A DNA stretch of 64,000 bases from Candidatus Eiseniibacteriota bacterium (GTDB lineage Bacteria; Eisenbacteria; RBG-16-71-46; DASYSL01). The position numbers and the translations under genes were made by a program. Below are positions 18,198-28,098 of the stretch, piece by piece. Within the stretch, counting starts at the first letter, position 1; every line of letters begins with the position of its first letter. The stretch covers positions 42,148-106,147 of the forward strand of contig JBKJJJ010000174.1 in assembly GCA_046598045.1 (NCBI GenBank), in the 5' to 3' direction. The notes beneath the pieces were generated by a model. The model did no database searches, was not told where the DNA came from, and saw only the letters and a program-made list of their open reading frames with translations.

Positions 18198-18386
18198 ACC
18201 GTGCAGGGAATCAGCGAATTCTTCCATGCCATGGGCCGCGAGGCCGCTTCGCTCTGGGACCTGATCACCGTCTGGCTGATCTCGGTGTTCGATCCGCAGT
18301 CGGGGATGATGCCCAAGCTGATCTTCGGCGGGGCGCTGCTGGCGGTCGTCTTCTATATCTCGCGGCGGGGCACGAAGTCCTAGTTT

Positions 18387-19220
18387 CTAGCGGCTCGTTC
18401 GGGTGGAGAGTCCGACGCCCAACAGGATGAGCGCGGCGCCCACCGCTTGCGAAAGCGTCAAACCTTCCCTCAGCCACAACGCCGACGACCCGATCGCCAC
18501 GATCGGCTCGAGTAGCGCCACGATCCCGGCGCGCGAGGCATCGAGGCGCGCCAACCCCGCGTAGAACAGCCCGAACGGCACCAGCGCCGAGCCGAGCGCG
18601 ATCACCAGGAACAGCCCCCACGCGCGCGCATCGTAGTGCGCGGCCACGATGATCCCGGGCGGATGAAAGACCATCCAGAACAGCGTCGCCACCAGGAATC
18701 CGTAGAACAGCACCGTGTAGGGCGACAGCCGCGCGAGCAGCCGTTTCGCGTATACAATGTAAAAGGCGAAGAACAGCGCCGATGCGAGCCCGAGCGCGAT
18801 CCCCCTCGGGTTCGCGCGCGCGACCGCCGCGCCATCGGCGAGCACCAGCAGCGCCACGCCGAGCGTCGCGCAGGCGAGCGCCACCAGTTCGAGCGGCCGC
18901 GGCGAGCGCCGCGCGGCGAGGGCCTCGTACGCGACCACGAGCGTGGGCGCGAGATATTGCAGCAGGATGGCCAGGTTGACGCCCACCCAGCTGACGTTCG
19001 TGTAATACGAACCCTGCACGGCCGCGATGCCGAACGTGCCCAGCAGGAGCAGCGGCAGCACGTCGCCGCGCCCGATCCGGAACAGCGCCGGCCGAAACAG
19101 CGCGAAGATCCCTGCCAGGAGGACGACCGAGATCGCGAGCCGGAGCTCGACCACGGTCAGCGGCGGCACGTCGTGCTTCATGGTCCAGCGCGCGAGCGTC
19201 GCGCTCGTGCCCCACAGCAT
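18387..19220 (-). CDS. EamA/DMT-family transporter. The N-terminus probably extends upstream of the first ATG.
   Basis: Ten hydrophobic helices and the twin EamA-domain architecture. The frame stays open upstream of 19220 (..RARAGFLCVIAAT preceding MLWGTS). Confidence 0.7.
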   Translation of the reverse strand: MLWGTSATLARWTMKHDVPPLTVVELRLAISVVLLAGIFALFRPALFRIGRGDVLPLLLLGTFGIAAVQGSYYTNVSWVGVNLAILLQYLAPTLVVAYEALAARRSPRPLELVALACATLGVALLVLADGAAVARANPRGIALGLASALFFAFYIVYAKRLLARLSPYTVLFYGFLVATLFWMVFHPPGIIVAAHYDARAWGLFLVIALGSALVPFGLFYAGLARLDASRAGIVALLEPIVAIGSSALWLREGLTLSQAVGAALILLGVGLSTRTSR

Positions 19221-19288
19221 GGTGGCGGCGATGACGCACAGGAACCCCGCGCGCGCCCTTGCCGCCGCCGTTGCCCCGGACTCGCCGC

Positions 19289-20524
19289 TCAGTTCGCCTC
19301 CAGCACGAGACCCGGGCGATTCGACGTGTGCGCCAGCCTGGCGAGATCGACCGGGAGGATGTGCGCCCCGTAGCGCCGGTTGATCGCCTCGAGGAACACA
19401 TTGGCGAGGATGCCCGAGCCCAGCGCGGTCGGATGGATGCCATCGAGGCTGAACAGCCCGCCCGTGAGGAACGCGGTCGTGTAGCGCACGCCCCCGATCA
19501 CGACGCCGTCATGGTTGATGCGGTCATAGGTCGTGTACTCGTCGACCAGTGCCGCGCCCCGGGCCTGGGCCTCGGAGGCGATCACGGCGTTGTAGCCCTG
19601 GACCGCGCTCTCGATCGCCGCGCGCTCGGCGAGCGTGATCACGAGGCTGTCGGGCAACGGCGGCGCCGGCGATGGAAAGCCGTAATGCGCCTGGATCAAG
19701 GGGATCGCTGTCAGGAGGATGAGCGTGCCGTCGGGCAGCAGCCCCGCGCCGTCGCGCAGGCGCACGGGCACGAGCGCGCCGCCCGGGCCGATCGGCGCCT
19801 GCGCCACGGGCGGTACGGTGGCCGCGTAGGGGATGAGCGTGATCGGCGGGATGTTCGAGAGCGCGAGGCGGGCGTTCGGCGCGCCGGCGGCGAGCGAGTC
19901 CATGAGCTGCGTGTAGAGCGTGGCGAACACCGGTACCGGAGTGATGGCCGTGGGGTCGCCACCGCGGAGCACGGGGCGCACGGCCTCGTTCGCGCCCAGT
20001 TCGACGGTGATGAACGTCGGGTTCTGCGCGATGCACTGCCTGAGCATTGCGCCGTGCCCCTGGAGCACGAAGTCGAAGTAGGGTACGCCGGTCTCCTGCG
20101 CGATCGCTGCGGCGACGCCCGCCCCGGAGATCGCGAGATTGTCGTAGCCGTCCGGCGGGCGCGCATTGTAGGGCGCGGACGGCGGCGTGCCTGGAAGCGT
20201 GCTGAACGTGAGCGGCGAGAGCGAGACCAGCGTGATCAGGTTCGGCAGTCCGGGCTCCCCGCACAAAGGCTGGCTGAACCCGCCGCCGTTCGCCCGCGCC
20301 TGGCGCGCGATCAGCCGGGGCACGGACGTGACCTGGTTCTGGGCCAGCAACCCGCCCGACCGGATGCCCATCGAGACGCTGGTGCCGATCGCGACGTAGC
20401 TCGAAAAGTCGGCTTCGCCGGTGCTCGATGCGGGCGGCGCGATCGGGTCGAGCTTTGCACATCCAGAGGCCAGCAGGACGAGCAGCGCAGCCGCGCTGGC
20501 ATACCGGGTGCGATCGATGCGCAT
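19289..20524 (-). CDS. SGNH/GDSL-like hydrolase lipoprotein
   Basis: Lipobox LLASGCAK. N-terminal block VAIGTSVSMG (GDS-like). Overall length and C-terminal DGIHPT-like block (LDGIHPTALG) fit SGNH hydrolases. Confidence 0.5.
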   Translation of the reverse strand: MRIDRTRYASAAALLVLLASGCAKLDPIAPPASSTGEADFSSYVAIGTSVSMGIRSGGLLAQNQVTSVPRLIARQARANGGGFSQPLCGEPGLPNLITLVSLSPLTFSTLPGTPPSAPYNARPPDGYDNLAISGAGVAAAIAQETGVPYFDFVLQGHGAMLRQCIAQNPTFITVELGANEAVRPVLRGGDPTAITPVPVFATLYTQLMDSLAAGAPNARLALSNIPPITLIPYAATVPPVAQAPIGPGGALVPVRLRDGAGLLPDGTLILLTAIPLIQAHYGFPSPAPPLPDSLVITLAERAAIESAVQGYNAVIASEAQARGAALVDEYTTYDRINHDGVVIGGVRYTTAFLTGGLFSLDGIHPTALGSGILANVFLEAINRRYGAHILPVDLARLAHTSNRPGLVLEAN

Positions 20525-20543
20525 GGCGATCCTCCTCGCGCGG

Positions 20544-21842
20544 CTAGTGGAAGTGGAACCCGAGGCTCAGCCCCGAGAGAAACGTTCCGGTCGAGTAGGT
20601 GCCGTCGTAGCCGTCGCGATTCTCGCCCTCGGTCGAGCGGTCGGGCACGATCAACCACAGCGCGTAGCCGTTCACGGAAACGTTGCGCCCGTCGCGGCCG
20701 AACCCGAGCGAGACGCCGTGGCGGTCGGAGTCGGGGAGCAGCGGGCCGAGGCTGGCGCGCGGTTGCGGCGTCTGGTCGAAGTAGTAGCCGGCGCGGTACG
20801 ACCATGCCGCCGTGCCGCCCCTGCGATACTCGGTCCCGACGCGCACGTTGACCACGTCCTTCCAGTCTTCGATCTGAGTGAAGTTCGCCGATGGCGTCTG
20901 CTCGAATGCGACCTCGAGCCGGTCGAATGTGCTCCACCACGTGAGATTGAGGTCGGCCTCGAACGCCCACGACGGGCACGATTGGTAGGCGATACCGAGC
21001 GACCCCTGGGCGGGGAACGGGATCGACGTCGCCACCCGCTGGTCGGGCGGGAACGCGGCTGCCACGATGGGATCGAACAGCGGGTCGCCCGAGGGGGCCT
21101 GCGCGAAGTCGGCGCGCCCCGTGTATTCGATCCCGACGCGGCTCCGGTAGGTTGCGCCGAACTTGCAGCGGCCGGGCGGCCACCACTGCACGCCCAGGTT
21201 GTAGCCCGCGCCGAAGGTGCTCTCGCTCGTGAGAGCGACCCGCCCGACGTCCACCGTCGCCTCGAGGTACGGATCGTACGCCGCGATGTGGCGCGCGAGC
21301 TCGACGTGCGAGACCACGAGGTTCGCGCCCGCCCCCACGCGCAGGCGATCGTTGAGCGTGACCGCGACCGTGGGCACGAAGAAGAACGGCGTGATCTTCG
21401 AGTGCGTGGAGATAAAGCGCCCCGAGTAGAACAACGGCATCGCCCACTCGACCTCGAGACCGTACGGGTTGTAGATCCCGATGCCCGCAGAGGCCTTGCG
21501 CCCGATGCCCTGCGCATAATAACCGGCCATCGGCACGAACGCCTCGGTGCGCGTGTTCTCATGCACGCCATAACCCGGGTTCGGGTCGACGCCGGCGAAT
21601 TCGGTCTTGTAGAGGATCAGGTTCGGCGACAGAAGCAGCTCCTTGCCATCGATGCGCGACAGTCCAGCCGGGTTGAAATAGATCGACGAGGGATCATCGG
21701 CACGCGCGGTGAACGCGCCCGCCTGTCCGGTCGCACGCGCGCCCTGTTCGTACAGCCCGTAGCCGGCTGCGCGTGCGAGTGCGGGCGCGCACAGCATCAG
21801 CGTGGCGATCCCCAGGCAGCGCGCCCGGCGCGAGCTCTTCAT
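20544..21842 (-). CDS. fadL: Outer-membrane long-chain fatty acid / hydrophobic compound transporter, FadL/OmpP1/TodX family
   Basis: Signal peptide, then the hallmark N-terminal hatch GYGLYEQGARATGQAGAFTARADDPSSIYFNPAGL. Alternating beta-strand pattern ending in an aromatic residue (..FHFH). Confidence 0.8.
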   Translation of the reverse strand: MKSSRRARCLGIATLMLCAPALARAAGYGLYEQGARATGQAGAFTARADDPSSIYFNPAGLSRIDGKELLLSPNLILYKTEFAGVDPNPGYGVHENTRTEAFVPMAGYYAQGIGRKASAGIGIYNPYGLEVEWAMPLFYSGRFISTHSKITPFFFVPTVAVTLNDRLRVGAGANLVVSHVELARHIAAYDPYLEATVDVGRVALTSESTFGAGYNLGVQWWPPGRCKFGATYRSRVGIEYTGRADFAQAPSGDPLFDPIVAAAFPPDQRVATSIPFPAQGSLGIAYQSCPSWAFEADLNLTWWSTFDRLEVAFEQTPSANFTQIEDWKDVVNVRVGTEYRRGGTAAWSYRAGYYFDQTPQPRASLGPLLPDSDRHGVSLGFGRDGRNVSVNGYALWLIVPDRSTEGENRDGYDGTYSTGTFLSGLSLGFHFH

Positions 21843-23686
21843 GGCGTCCTCCCCGCGCTCGAATCCGGGTCGTGCGGAGCCGGGCCCGGAGTCTCGTGCC
21901 CGGCGTAGAGCGCGTCGATTTCATGCGCGTAGTGCTGGGCCACGATCTTGCGGCGCACCTTGAGCGTGGGGGTCAGCTCACCCTGGTCCTGCGAGAATTC
22001 CCGCTCGAGCAGGCGGAAGCGCTTGATCTGTTCGAAGCGCGCGAGGTCCTTCGTGAGCGTCATGATCTCGCTCTGCATGAATTCGACGATGGCCGGGTGT
22101 TTCACGAGGTCCTGACGCTCGACGTACGAGATGCCCTTCGCGCGCGCGTAGGTCTCGAGTTGCTCGAAGTTGGGCACGATCAGCGCGCTGATGAACGGGC
22201 GCTGGTCGCCGATCAGCACCGCCTCGGCGATGTACTTGCTGGTCTTGAGCGCGTTCTCGATCGGCTGGGGCGCGATGTTCTTGCCGCCCGCGGTGACCAG
22301 CAGGTCCTTCTTGCGGTCGGTGATCACGAGGTGTCCGTCCTCGTCGAGGTGGCCGATGTCGCCGGTGTGGAACCAGCCGCCCGTTATCGCCGCCTCGGTC
22401 TCGCCCGGGAGGTGGAAGTAGCCCTTCATCACGCCGGGCCCCTGCACCAGGATTTCGCCGTCCTCGGCGATGCGCACGACCACGTTCGCGATCGGCGGGC
22501 CGACCGTGCCGGGCTTGTTGCGGGCAGGTCGGTTGACCGCGATCACGGGCGAGGTCTCGGTCAAACCGTAGCCCTCGAGCACGGGCAGCCCCGCGCCCAG
22601 GAAGAACTCCGCGATCTCGGCCCCGAGTGGCGCACCGCCGGAGACGAAGAACCGGATGCGCCCGCCCATGCGCGCGCGCAGCTTCGAGTACACGAGCTTG
22701 TCGAAGAGCGCGTGCTGGAGCGCGAGCCACGGCGGGATCGATTTGCGCGCGACGAACAGCCGCGCCCAGCGCAGCGCCACCGCCTGCGCGCGCAGGAAGA
22801 TCGCGCGCGGGAGCGGCCCGCCCGCGTGCGCGCTGTCGACCACGCGACCGTAGATGCGCTCGAACAGGCGCGGCACCGCGAACACGACCGTGGGCCGGAC
22901 CTCCTGCAGGTTGGCGGCGAACGCCTCCACGCTCTCGGCGTAGGCCACACTGACCGCGCGCGAGATCATCGTGTAGTGCCCGGCCATGCGCTCGAAGATG
23001 TGCGACAGCGGCAAGACCGAGAGCGCCGAGTCGGCGGGCGAGATCTCGAACTCGAGGAGGCCGTCGCGCACGTTCGAGGCGAGGTTCGCATGGGTCAGCA
23101 TCACGCCCTTGGGCACGCCCGTCGTGCCCGAGGTGTAGATCAGCGTGGCGATCGACTCCGGCGTGACCGCGTCGCCGAGCCGGGTCGCCAACGCCGGATC
23201 CGCGGCGAGCGCGGCGGCCCCTTCGGCGATCAGGGCATCCCACGTCACGGCACCGATTGCTTCGCCCTGGGCGGGGTCCATCAGGATCGCCGCCTTGAGC
23301 GCGGGCAGCTCGCCGGCGATCGAGCGCACCTTCGCGAGCTGGGTCGCCGTCGAGACGAGGACGAGCCTGGACTCGGAGTCGTGGAGGATGTGGCGCACCT
23401 GGGCGGCGGTGAGCGTGGCGTAGATCGGCACCGTCGCCGCGCCCGCGGTCAGGATGCCGAAGTCGCCGAGCGCCCATTCGAGGCGGTTTTCCGCCAGGAT
23501 CGCCACCCGGTCCGCGGGCGCGATGCCGCGCGCGGACAACGCGGCGGCGAGGCGCTCGATCGTGCGCTGCGCATCGGCGGAGGAGACGTCCTGCCACGCG
23601 CCCGAGACCTTGTGGCGAAACGCATCGGGCCTCGGGTGGTCGCGAAACGCCGCTCGGTACAATTCGACCAGGGTCGTGAACGCCAA
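21839..23686 (-). CDS. fadD: Long-chain fatty acid--CoA ligase (AMP-dependent synthetase)
   Basis: AMP-binding motifs YTSGTTGVPKGVMLTHANL, GYGLTE and TGDIGHLDEDGHLVITDRKKD. Likely TTG start at 23686 after GGAGGA. The track ORF extends to 23761 with a GTG start. The stop overlaps the fadL start by 4 nt. Confidence 0.85.
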   Translation of the reverse strand: MAFTTLVELYRAAFRDHPRPDAFRHKVSGAWQDVSSADAQRTIERLAAALSARGIAPADRVAILAENRLEWALGDFGILTAGAATVPIYATLTAAQVRHILHDSESRLVLVSTATQLAKVRSIAGELPALKAAILMDPAQGEAIGAVTWDALIAEGAAALAADPALATRLGDAVTPESIATLIYTSGTTGVPKGVMLTHANLASNVRDGLLEFEISPADSALSVLPLSHIFERMAGHYTMISRAVSVAYAESVEAFAANLQEVRPTVVFAVPRLFERIYGRVVDSAHAGGPLPRAIFLRAQAVALRWARLFVARKSIPPWLALQHALFDKLVYSKLRARMGGRIRFFVSGGAPLGAEIAEFFLGAGLPVLEGYGLTETSPVIAVNRPARNKPGTVGPPIANVVVRIAEDGEILVQGPGVMKGYFHLPGETEAAITGGWFHTGDIGHLDEDGHLVITDRKKDLLVTAGGKNIAPQPIENALKTSKYIAEAVLIGDQRPFISALIVPNFEQLETYARAKGISYVERQDLVKHPAIVEFMQSEIMTLTKDLARFEQIKRFRLLEREFSQDQGELTPTLKVRRKIVAQHYAHEIDALYAGHETPGPAPHDPDSSAGRTP

Positions 23687-23796
23687 CCGTCCTCCGCTCG
23701 GTTCGAGGTGCGTCCACCATAGAACCCGCCCCGCCCCGCGCCAAGGGCCTTGACGCCACACCTCGCGCTTGAAACAGTCGCGCCGGGAGGGCCTCC

Positions 23797-24585
23797 ATGC
23801 GTTCCATCCGATCCGCGTTTACTCTGGCACTTGGCTTCGTGGCGCTCGTCTGTGCGCCCGGGATGGCCGCCGCCAGCCCCGGGGCGGCGCTCGCGCTCGA
23901 GCGCGGCAAGACGGCCGAGCGCGCGTTCGACGTCTACAGCGCCTACGGCGAGTACCGCAAGGCGGCGGCGATCGACTCCACCTCGTTCGAGTTGTGGTGG
24001 CGCCTCGCCCACGCCGCCGGCGACGCCGGGGACCGCGCCCAGTTCGATCATGACAAGAAGCGCGCCGAGGCCGCGTTCGCCGAGGCGGTTCGCGCCGCGC
24101 GCCGGGCCGTCGCCCTCGAGCCGGGCGCCTACGAGGGCCATATCGAGCTCGCGTCCTCGCTCGGCCGCTTTGCGCTGTTCCAGGGCGGCAAGGCCAAGAT
24201 CCGGATGGCGAACGAGGTCAAGCTCGAGGCCGACAAAGCGCTCGCGATCAACCCGCAATCGGATCGCGCGTACCACGTGCTGGCGCGCTGGAACCGCGCG
24301 ATCGCCGAGCTGTCGTTCTTCGAGAAAGCGGCGGCAAGGGTCATCTTCGGCGGCGTGCCCGAGGGCGCGTCCATGAACAACGCGGTCACCCTGTTCGAGA
24401 AGGCGATCGCGCTCAATCCCGACCATGCGAACCACCGCCTCGAACTCGGGCGGACCTATCTCGATCTCGGGCTCAAGGACAAGGCGCGCGAGCAGCTGAC
24501 CCGCGCGCTCGCGTGCCCGCGGCAGAGTCCCTTCGACCCCGAGTACAAGGCGGACGCGCAAGTGCTCCTGCGCCGGACGCACTGA
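23797..24585 (+). CDS. Secreted tetratricopeptide-repeat protein
   Basis: Signal peptide MRSIRSAFTLALGFVALVCAPGMAAA, then TPR-like helical repeats (AIALNPDHANHRLELGRTYLDLGLKDKAREQL). Confidence 0.55.
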   Translation: MRSIRSAFTLALGFVALVCAPGMAAASPGAALALERGKTAERAFDVYSAYGEYRKAAAIDSTSFELWWRLAHAAGDAGDRAQFDHDKKRAEAAFAEAVRAARRAVALEPGAYEGHIELASSLGRFALFQGGKAKIRMANEVKLEADKALAINPQSDRAYHVLARWNRAIAELSFFEKAAARVIFGGVPEGASMNNAVTLFEKAIALNPDHANHRLELGRTYLDLGLKDKAREQLTRALACPRQSPFDPEYKADAQVLLRRTH

Positions 24586-24591
24586 GGTTCC

Positions 24592-25914
24592 ATGGCGATC
24601 GGTATCGACGGGACCAACGGCCGGAGCATCGTGATCGTGGACGGACTGCGCACGCCGTTCGCCAAGGCCGGTGCGGCGTTCAAGGACGTTCCCGCAGCCG
24701 AGCTCGGCCGCGTCGCGGTGCAGGAGCTGCTCGCGCGCACCGGCTTCGATCCCGCGAGGCTCGATGAAGTCGTGCTCGGCAATTGCGGCACGCCCGCGGA
24801 CGCCGCGAACATCGGGCGCGTGTCCGCGCTCGAGGCCGGCGTGCCGAAGAGCGTGCCCGCGTTCACCGTGCACCGCAATTGCGCGTCGGGCATCGAGTCG
24901 ATCGCCCAGGCCGCGTACAAGATCGGCGCGGGCGCGGCGCACGCGATCATCGCCGGCGGCACCGAGTCGATGTCGAACTATCCGCTGATGTTCGGCCACG
25001 ACCTGGCGGAGGCGTTCGCGGCCTCGGCGCGCGGCAGGTCCCTGCCCGCGAAGCTCGCGCCGTTTCTCGGGCTCAAGCCCGCCGCGCTCCAGCCCCGCAT
25101 TGCGATCCTCGAGGGGCTGAACGATCCGGTGAGCGGGCTCAACATGGGCCAGACCGCCGAGGTCCTCGCGCGCGAGTTCGCGATTCCGCGGGAGGCGCAG
25201 GATGTGTTCGCGCTCGAATCCCATCGTCGCACGATCGCCGCGTGGGACGAGGGCCGTTTCAAGGACGAGGTCATCCCCGTCTATCCGGCGCCCACGTTCG
25301 CTCCGGTGGTCGAGGACGTTGGCCCGCGCCGCGAACAGACGCTCGAGCAGCTCGCGAAGCTCAGGCCGTTCTTCGACCGCCGCCACGGCACGGTCACCGT
25401 GGGCAACGCCTGCCCGATCACCGACGGCGCCGCCGCCGTGCTGGTGATGGACGAAGAGCGCGCACGCGCCGAGGGCTATCACCCGCTCGGGCGCCTGCGC
25501 TCGTTCGCGTTCGCCGGCCTCGACCCCGAGCGCATGGGGCTCGGGCCGGTGTACGCCACGCCCGTGGCGCTCGCGCGCGCGGGCGTCACGCTCGACGACA
25601 TCGCGCTGATCGAGATCAACGAGGCATTCGCCGCGCAGGTGCTCGCCTGCCTCGCCGCGTTCGAGAGCGACGCGTTCGCGCGCGAGAAGCTCGGCCTGGG
25701 CAAGGCGATCGGCGCGATCGACCCCGCGAAGCTCAACGTCAACGGCGGCGCGATCGCGCTCGGCCACCCGGTGGGTGTGAGCGGGACGCGCATCGTGCTC
25801 ACGCTGCTCAAGGAGTTGCGCCGTCGCGGCGGCGGACTCGGCCTCGCCACGCTGTGCGTCGGCGGCGGCCAGGGCGCGGCGGTGGTCGTCGAGTCGATGC
25901 CGGAGGCCGCGTGA
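24592..25914 (+). CDS. fadI: Acetyl-CoA C-acyltransferase (3-ketoacyl-CoA thiolase, FadA/FadI type)
   Basis: Thiolase N-terminal active-site Cys region (VHRNCASGIESIAQAAYKI) and C-terminal NVNGGAIALGHPVGVSGTRIV. The stop overlaps the downstream start (GTGA). Confidence 0.9.
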   Translation: MAIGIDGTNGRSIVIVDGLRTPFAKAGAAFKDVPAAELGRVAVQELLARTGFDPARLDEVVLGNCGTPADAANIGRVSALEAGVPKSVPAFTVHRNCASGIESIAQAAYKIGAGAAHAIIAGGTESMSNYPLMFGHDLAEAFAASARGRSLPAKLAPFLGLKPAALQPRIAILEGLNDPVSGLNMGQTAEVLAREFAIPREAQDVFALESHRRTIAAWDEGRFKDEVIPVYPAPTFAPVVEDVGPRREQTLEQLAKLRPFFDRRHGTVTVGNACPITDGAAAVLVMDEERARAEGYHPLGRLRSFAFAGLDPERMGLGPVYATPVALARAGVTLDDIALIEINEAFAAQVLACLAAFESDAFAREKLGLGKAIGAIDPAKLNVNGGAIALGHPVGVSGTRIVLTLLKELRRRGGGLGLATLCVGGGQGAAVVVESMPEAA

Positions 25915-28094
25915 TCGCGCCCGAGCCCGCCGCTGCCGGCACGCTCGCGCCCAGCCTGTGGCGCTTCGAGACGCCGGGGGGCGGCGCGATCGGCGTGCTC
26001 GCGATCGATGCGCCCGAGCAGAAGGTCAACGTGCTTTCAGCCGAGGCGCTCGACGAGCTCGGCGCGCAGCTCGAGCGCATTCCTCACTTCGGCATCTCGG
26101 GCCTGGTGATCACGAGCGGCAAGCCGCGCACGTTCGTCGCCGGCGCCGACGTGCGCGAGATCCAGGCAATCCAGAGTCCGGACGAGGGCGCGATGAAGGC
26201 CGCGCGCGGCCAGTTGATCTTCCAGCGCCTCGCGACGCTCGCTGTCCCGACGCTCGCCGCGATCGACGGCCTGTGTCTCGGCGGCGGCACCGAGCTCGCG
26301 TTGGCGTGCCGCTACCGCGTGGCTTCGGATTTCGAGCGCACGTTCCTCGGCCTGCCCGAGGTGCGGCTCGGAATCCTCCCCGGCTTCGGCGGCTCGACGC
26401 GATTGCCGCGCCTGATCGGCGTCCCCGCGGCGCTCGACCTGATCCTGACGGGCAAGACGGTCGACGCGTTGCGCGCGTTCAAGCTCGGCCTGGTGGACGA
26501 CGTGCTGCCGCGCGAGGACTTCGTTCCGCGCGCGATGCGTTGGCTGTCGACGCGGCTCGATGCCGCGGCGTTCCAGCGCGTGCGCACCGAGCGCAAGCGC
26601 CGCCGCGCCGGCCCGCCCGCATGGGCGCTCGAGGGCAACCCGCTCGGCCGCGCGTTCGTGTTCGCGCAAGCGAAGAAGAGCGTGTTGCGCGAGACCCACG
26701 GCCACTACCCGGCGCCGCTCAAGGTGCTCGAGATCCTGCCGCACACCAGTCGCGGTCCGGTCGAAGAGGCGCTCGCGCTCGAGGCGCGCGCGGTCGGCGA
26801 GCTCCTGGTCACGCCCGAGCACAAGAACCTGCTCTCGATCTTCTTCCTCACCGAGGGCGCAAAGAAGGATCCCCCGACGCCCAGCGCCGTGGACGTGCAT
26901 GCGGTCGGCGTGCTCGGCGCGGGGGTGATGGGCGGCGGCATCGCGTTCGCGCTCTCGGACTCCGGAATCCCGGCGCGGCTCAAGGACGTGGCGCCCGATG
27001 CCGTCGGCAAGGGACTGAAGGCGGCCTACGATCTCTACCAGCGCCGCGTGCGCCGCCGCCGCCTCAAGCCGGCGGAGCGCGATCGCAAGTTGCGCCTGAT
27101 CGCGGGCGGCACCGACTACGCGGGCTTCTCGCGCCTCGACGCCGTGATCGAGGCGATCGTCGAGAAGCTGGAGGTCAAGCAGGCCGTGCTCGCCGAGGTC
27201 GAGGCCCGTCTTCCCGCGCATGCGATCCTGCTGACCAATACGTCGTCGCTCGACGTCGACGCGATGGCGTCGCGCATGGCGGACCCCGGGCGCCTCGCGG
27301 GGCTCCACTTCTTCAACCCGGTCGACCGCATGCCGCTGGTCGAGATCATCGTGGGCGCGCGCACGTCGCCCGCGGCGACCGAGACCGCGCTCGCGCTCGC
27401 GCGCCGGCTCGGCAAGACGCCGGTCGTGGTCAAGAACGCGCCCGGCTTCCTCGTCAACCGCATCCTCATGCCCTACCTCAACGAGGGCCTCCACCTGTTC
27501 CGCGAGGGCGTGCACATCGAGACGCTCGACCAGGCGATGGTGGACTTCGGCATGCCGATGGGACCGCTCCGCCTGCTCGATGAGATCGGGCTCGACGTCG
27601 CGGACAAGGTCTCGCACATCCTGGGCGCCGCGTTCGGCGATCGCGTCGATCCGGCGGGCGTGCTCGAGGCGATGGTCGCGGGCGGGCGCGTCGGCAAGAA
27701 GGGCGGGCTCGGCTTCTATCGCTACCGGGAGGGCACGGGCACGCCCGACCCGGCGGTCTATCCGCTGGCCGATCGCCCGTCGCGCGACGTGATCACCGCC
27801 GGGCCGGCGGCATGGCGCGAGCGCATGACGCTCGCGATGATCAACGAGGCCGCGCGCTGCCTCGAGGAGCAGGTCGTGGAGTCGCCCGCGCAGGTGGATC
27901 TCGCGATGATCATGGGCACGGGCTTCCCGCCGTTCCGCGGCGGGCTCATGCGCTACGCCGACACGCTCGGCCCCACGGTTGTCGCCGAGCGGCTGCGCGC
28001 GCTCGCGCAGGTGCATGGCGCGCGCTTCGAACCCTGCGCGCTGATCGTACACATGGCGCAGGACGGGTACGTGTTCCGGCCGGAGTTCCGCTGA
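25911..28094 (+). CDS. fadJ: Fatty-acid oxidation multifunctional alpha subunit (enoyl-CoA hydratase / 3-hydroxyacyl-CoA dehydrogenase, FadJ/FadB type)
   Basis: GTG start at 25911 overlapping the thiolase stop. N-terminal crotonase fold (FVAGADVREIQ, GGGTELALAC). NAD-binding VGVLGAGVMGGGIAFAL. C-terminal 3HCDH domain. Confidence 0.9.
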   Translation: MIAPEPAAAGTLAPSLWRFETPGGGAIGVLAIDAPEQKVNVLSAEALDELGAQLERIPHFGISGLVITSGKPRTFVAGADVREIQAIQSPDEGAMKAARGQLIFQRLATLAVPTLAAIDGLCLGGGTELALACRYRVASDFERTFLGLPEVRLGILPGFGGSTRLPRLIGVPAALDLILTGKTVDALRAFKLGLVDDVLPREDFVPRAMRWLSTRLDAAAFQRVRTERKRRRAGPPAWALEGNPLGRAFVFAQAKKSVLRETHGHYPAPLKVLEILPHTSRGPVEEALALEARAVGELLVTPEHKNLLSIFFLTEGAKKDPPTPSAVDVHAVGVLGAGVMGGGIAFALSDSGIPARLKDVAPDAVGKGLKAAYDLYQRRVRRRRLKPAERDRKLRLIAGGTDYAGFSRLDAVIEAIVEKLEVKQAVLAEVEARLPAHAILLTNTSSLDVDAMASRMADPGRLAGLHFFNPVDRMPLVEIIVGARTSPAATETALALARRLGKTPVVVKNAPGFLVNRILMPYLNEGLHLFREGVHIETLDQAMVDFGMPMGPLRLLDEIGLDVADKVSHILGAAFGDRVDPAGVLEAMVAGGRVGKKGGLGFYRYREGTGTPDPAVYPLADRPSRDVITAGPAAWRERMTLAMINEAARCLEEQVVESPAQVDLAMIMGTGFPPFRGGLMRYADTLGPTVVAERLRALAQVHGARFEPCALIVHMAQDGYVFRPEFR

Positions 28095-28098
28095 GCGA

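Noticed and set aside
16455-18227. 590-aa track ORF for the YVTN propeller gene, and a 1015-aa ORF for mnmG (34462..37509)
   Set aside because: Only the 3' 357 codons (respectively 646 codons) carry the real protein. The upstream portions are Arg-rich run-on without a stop. Real starts were assigned from signal peptide / lipobox, RBS and the overlap with the upstream stop codon.
18201-18383. 60-aa ORF encoding a small hydrophobic peptide after the 17658 gene
   Set aside because: It is plausible as a tiny membrane protein, but it has a GTG start, no RBS and no homology signal. It is too weak to call.
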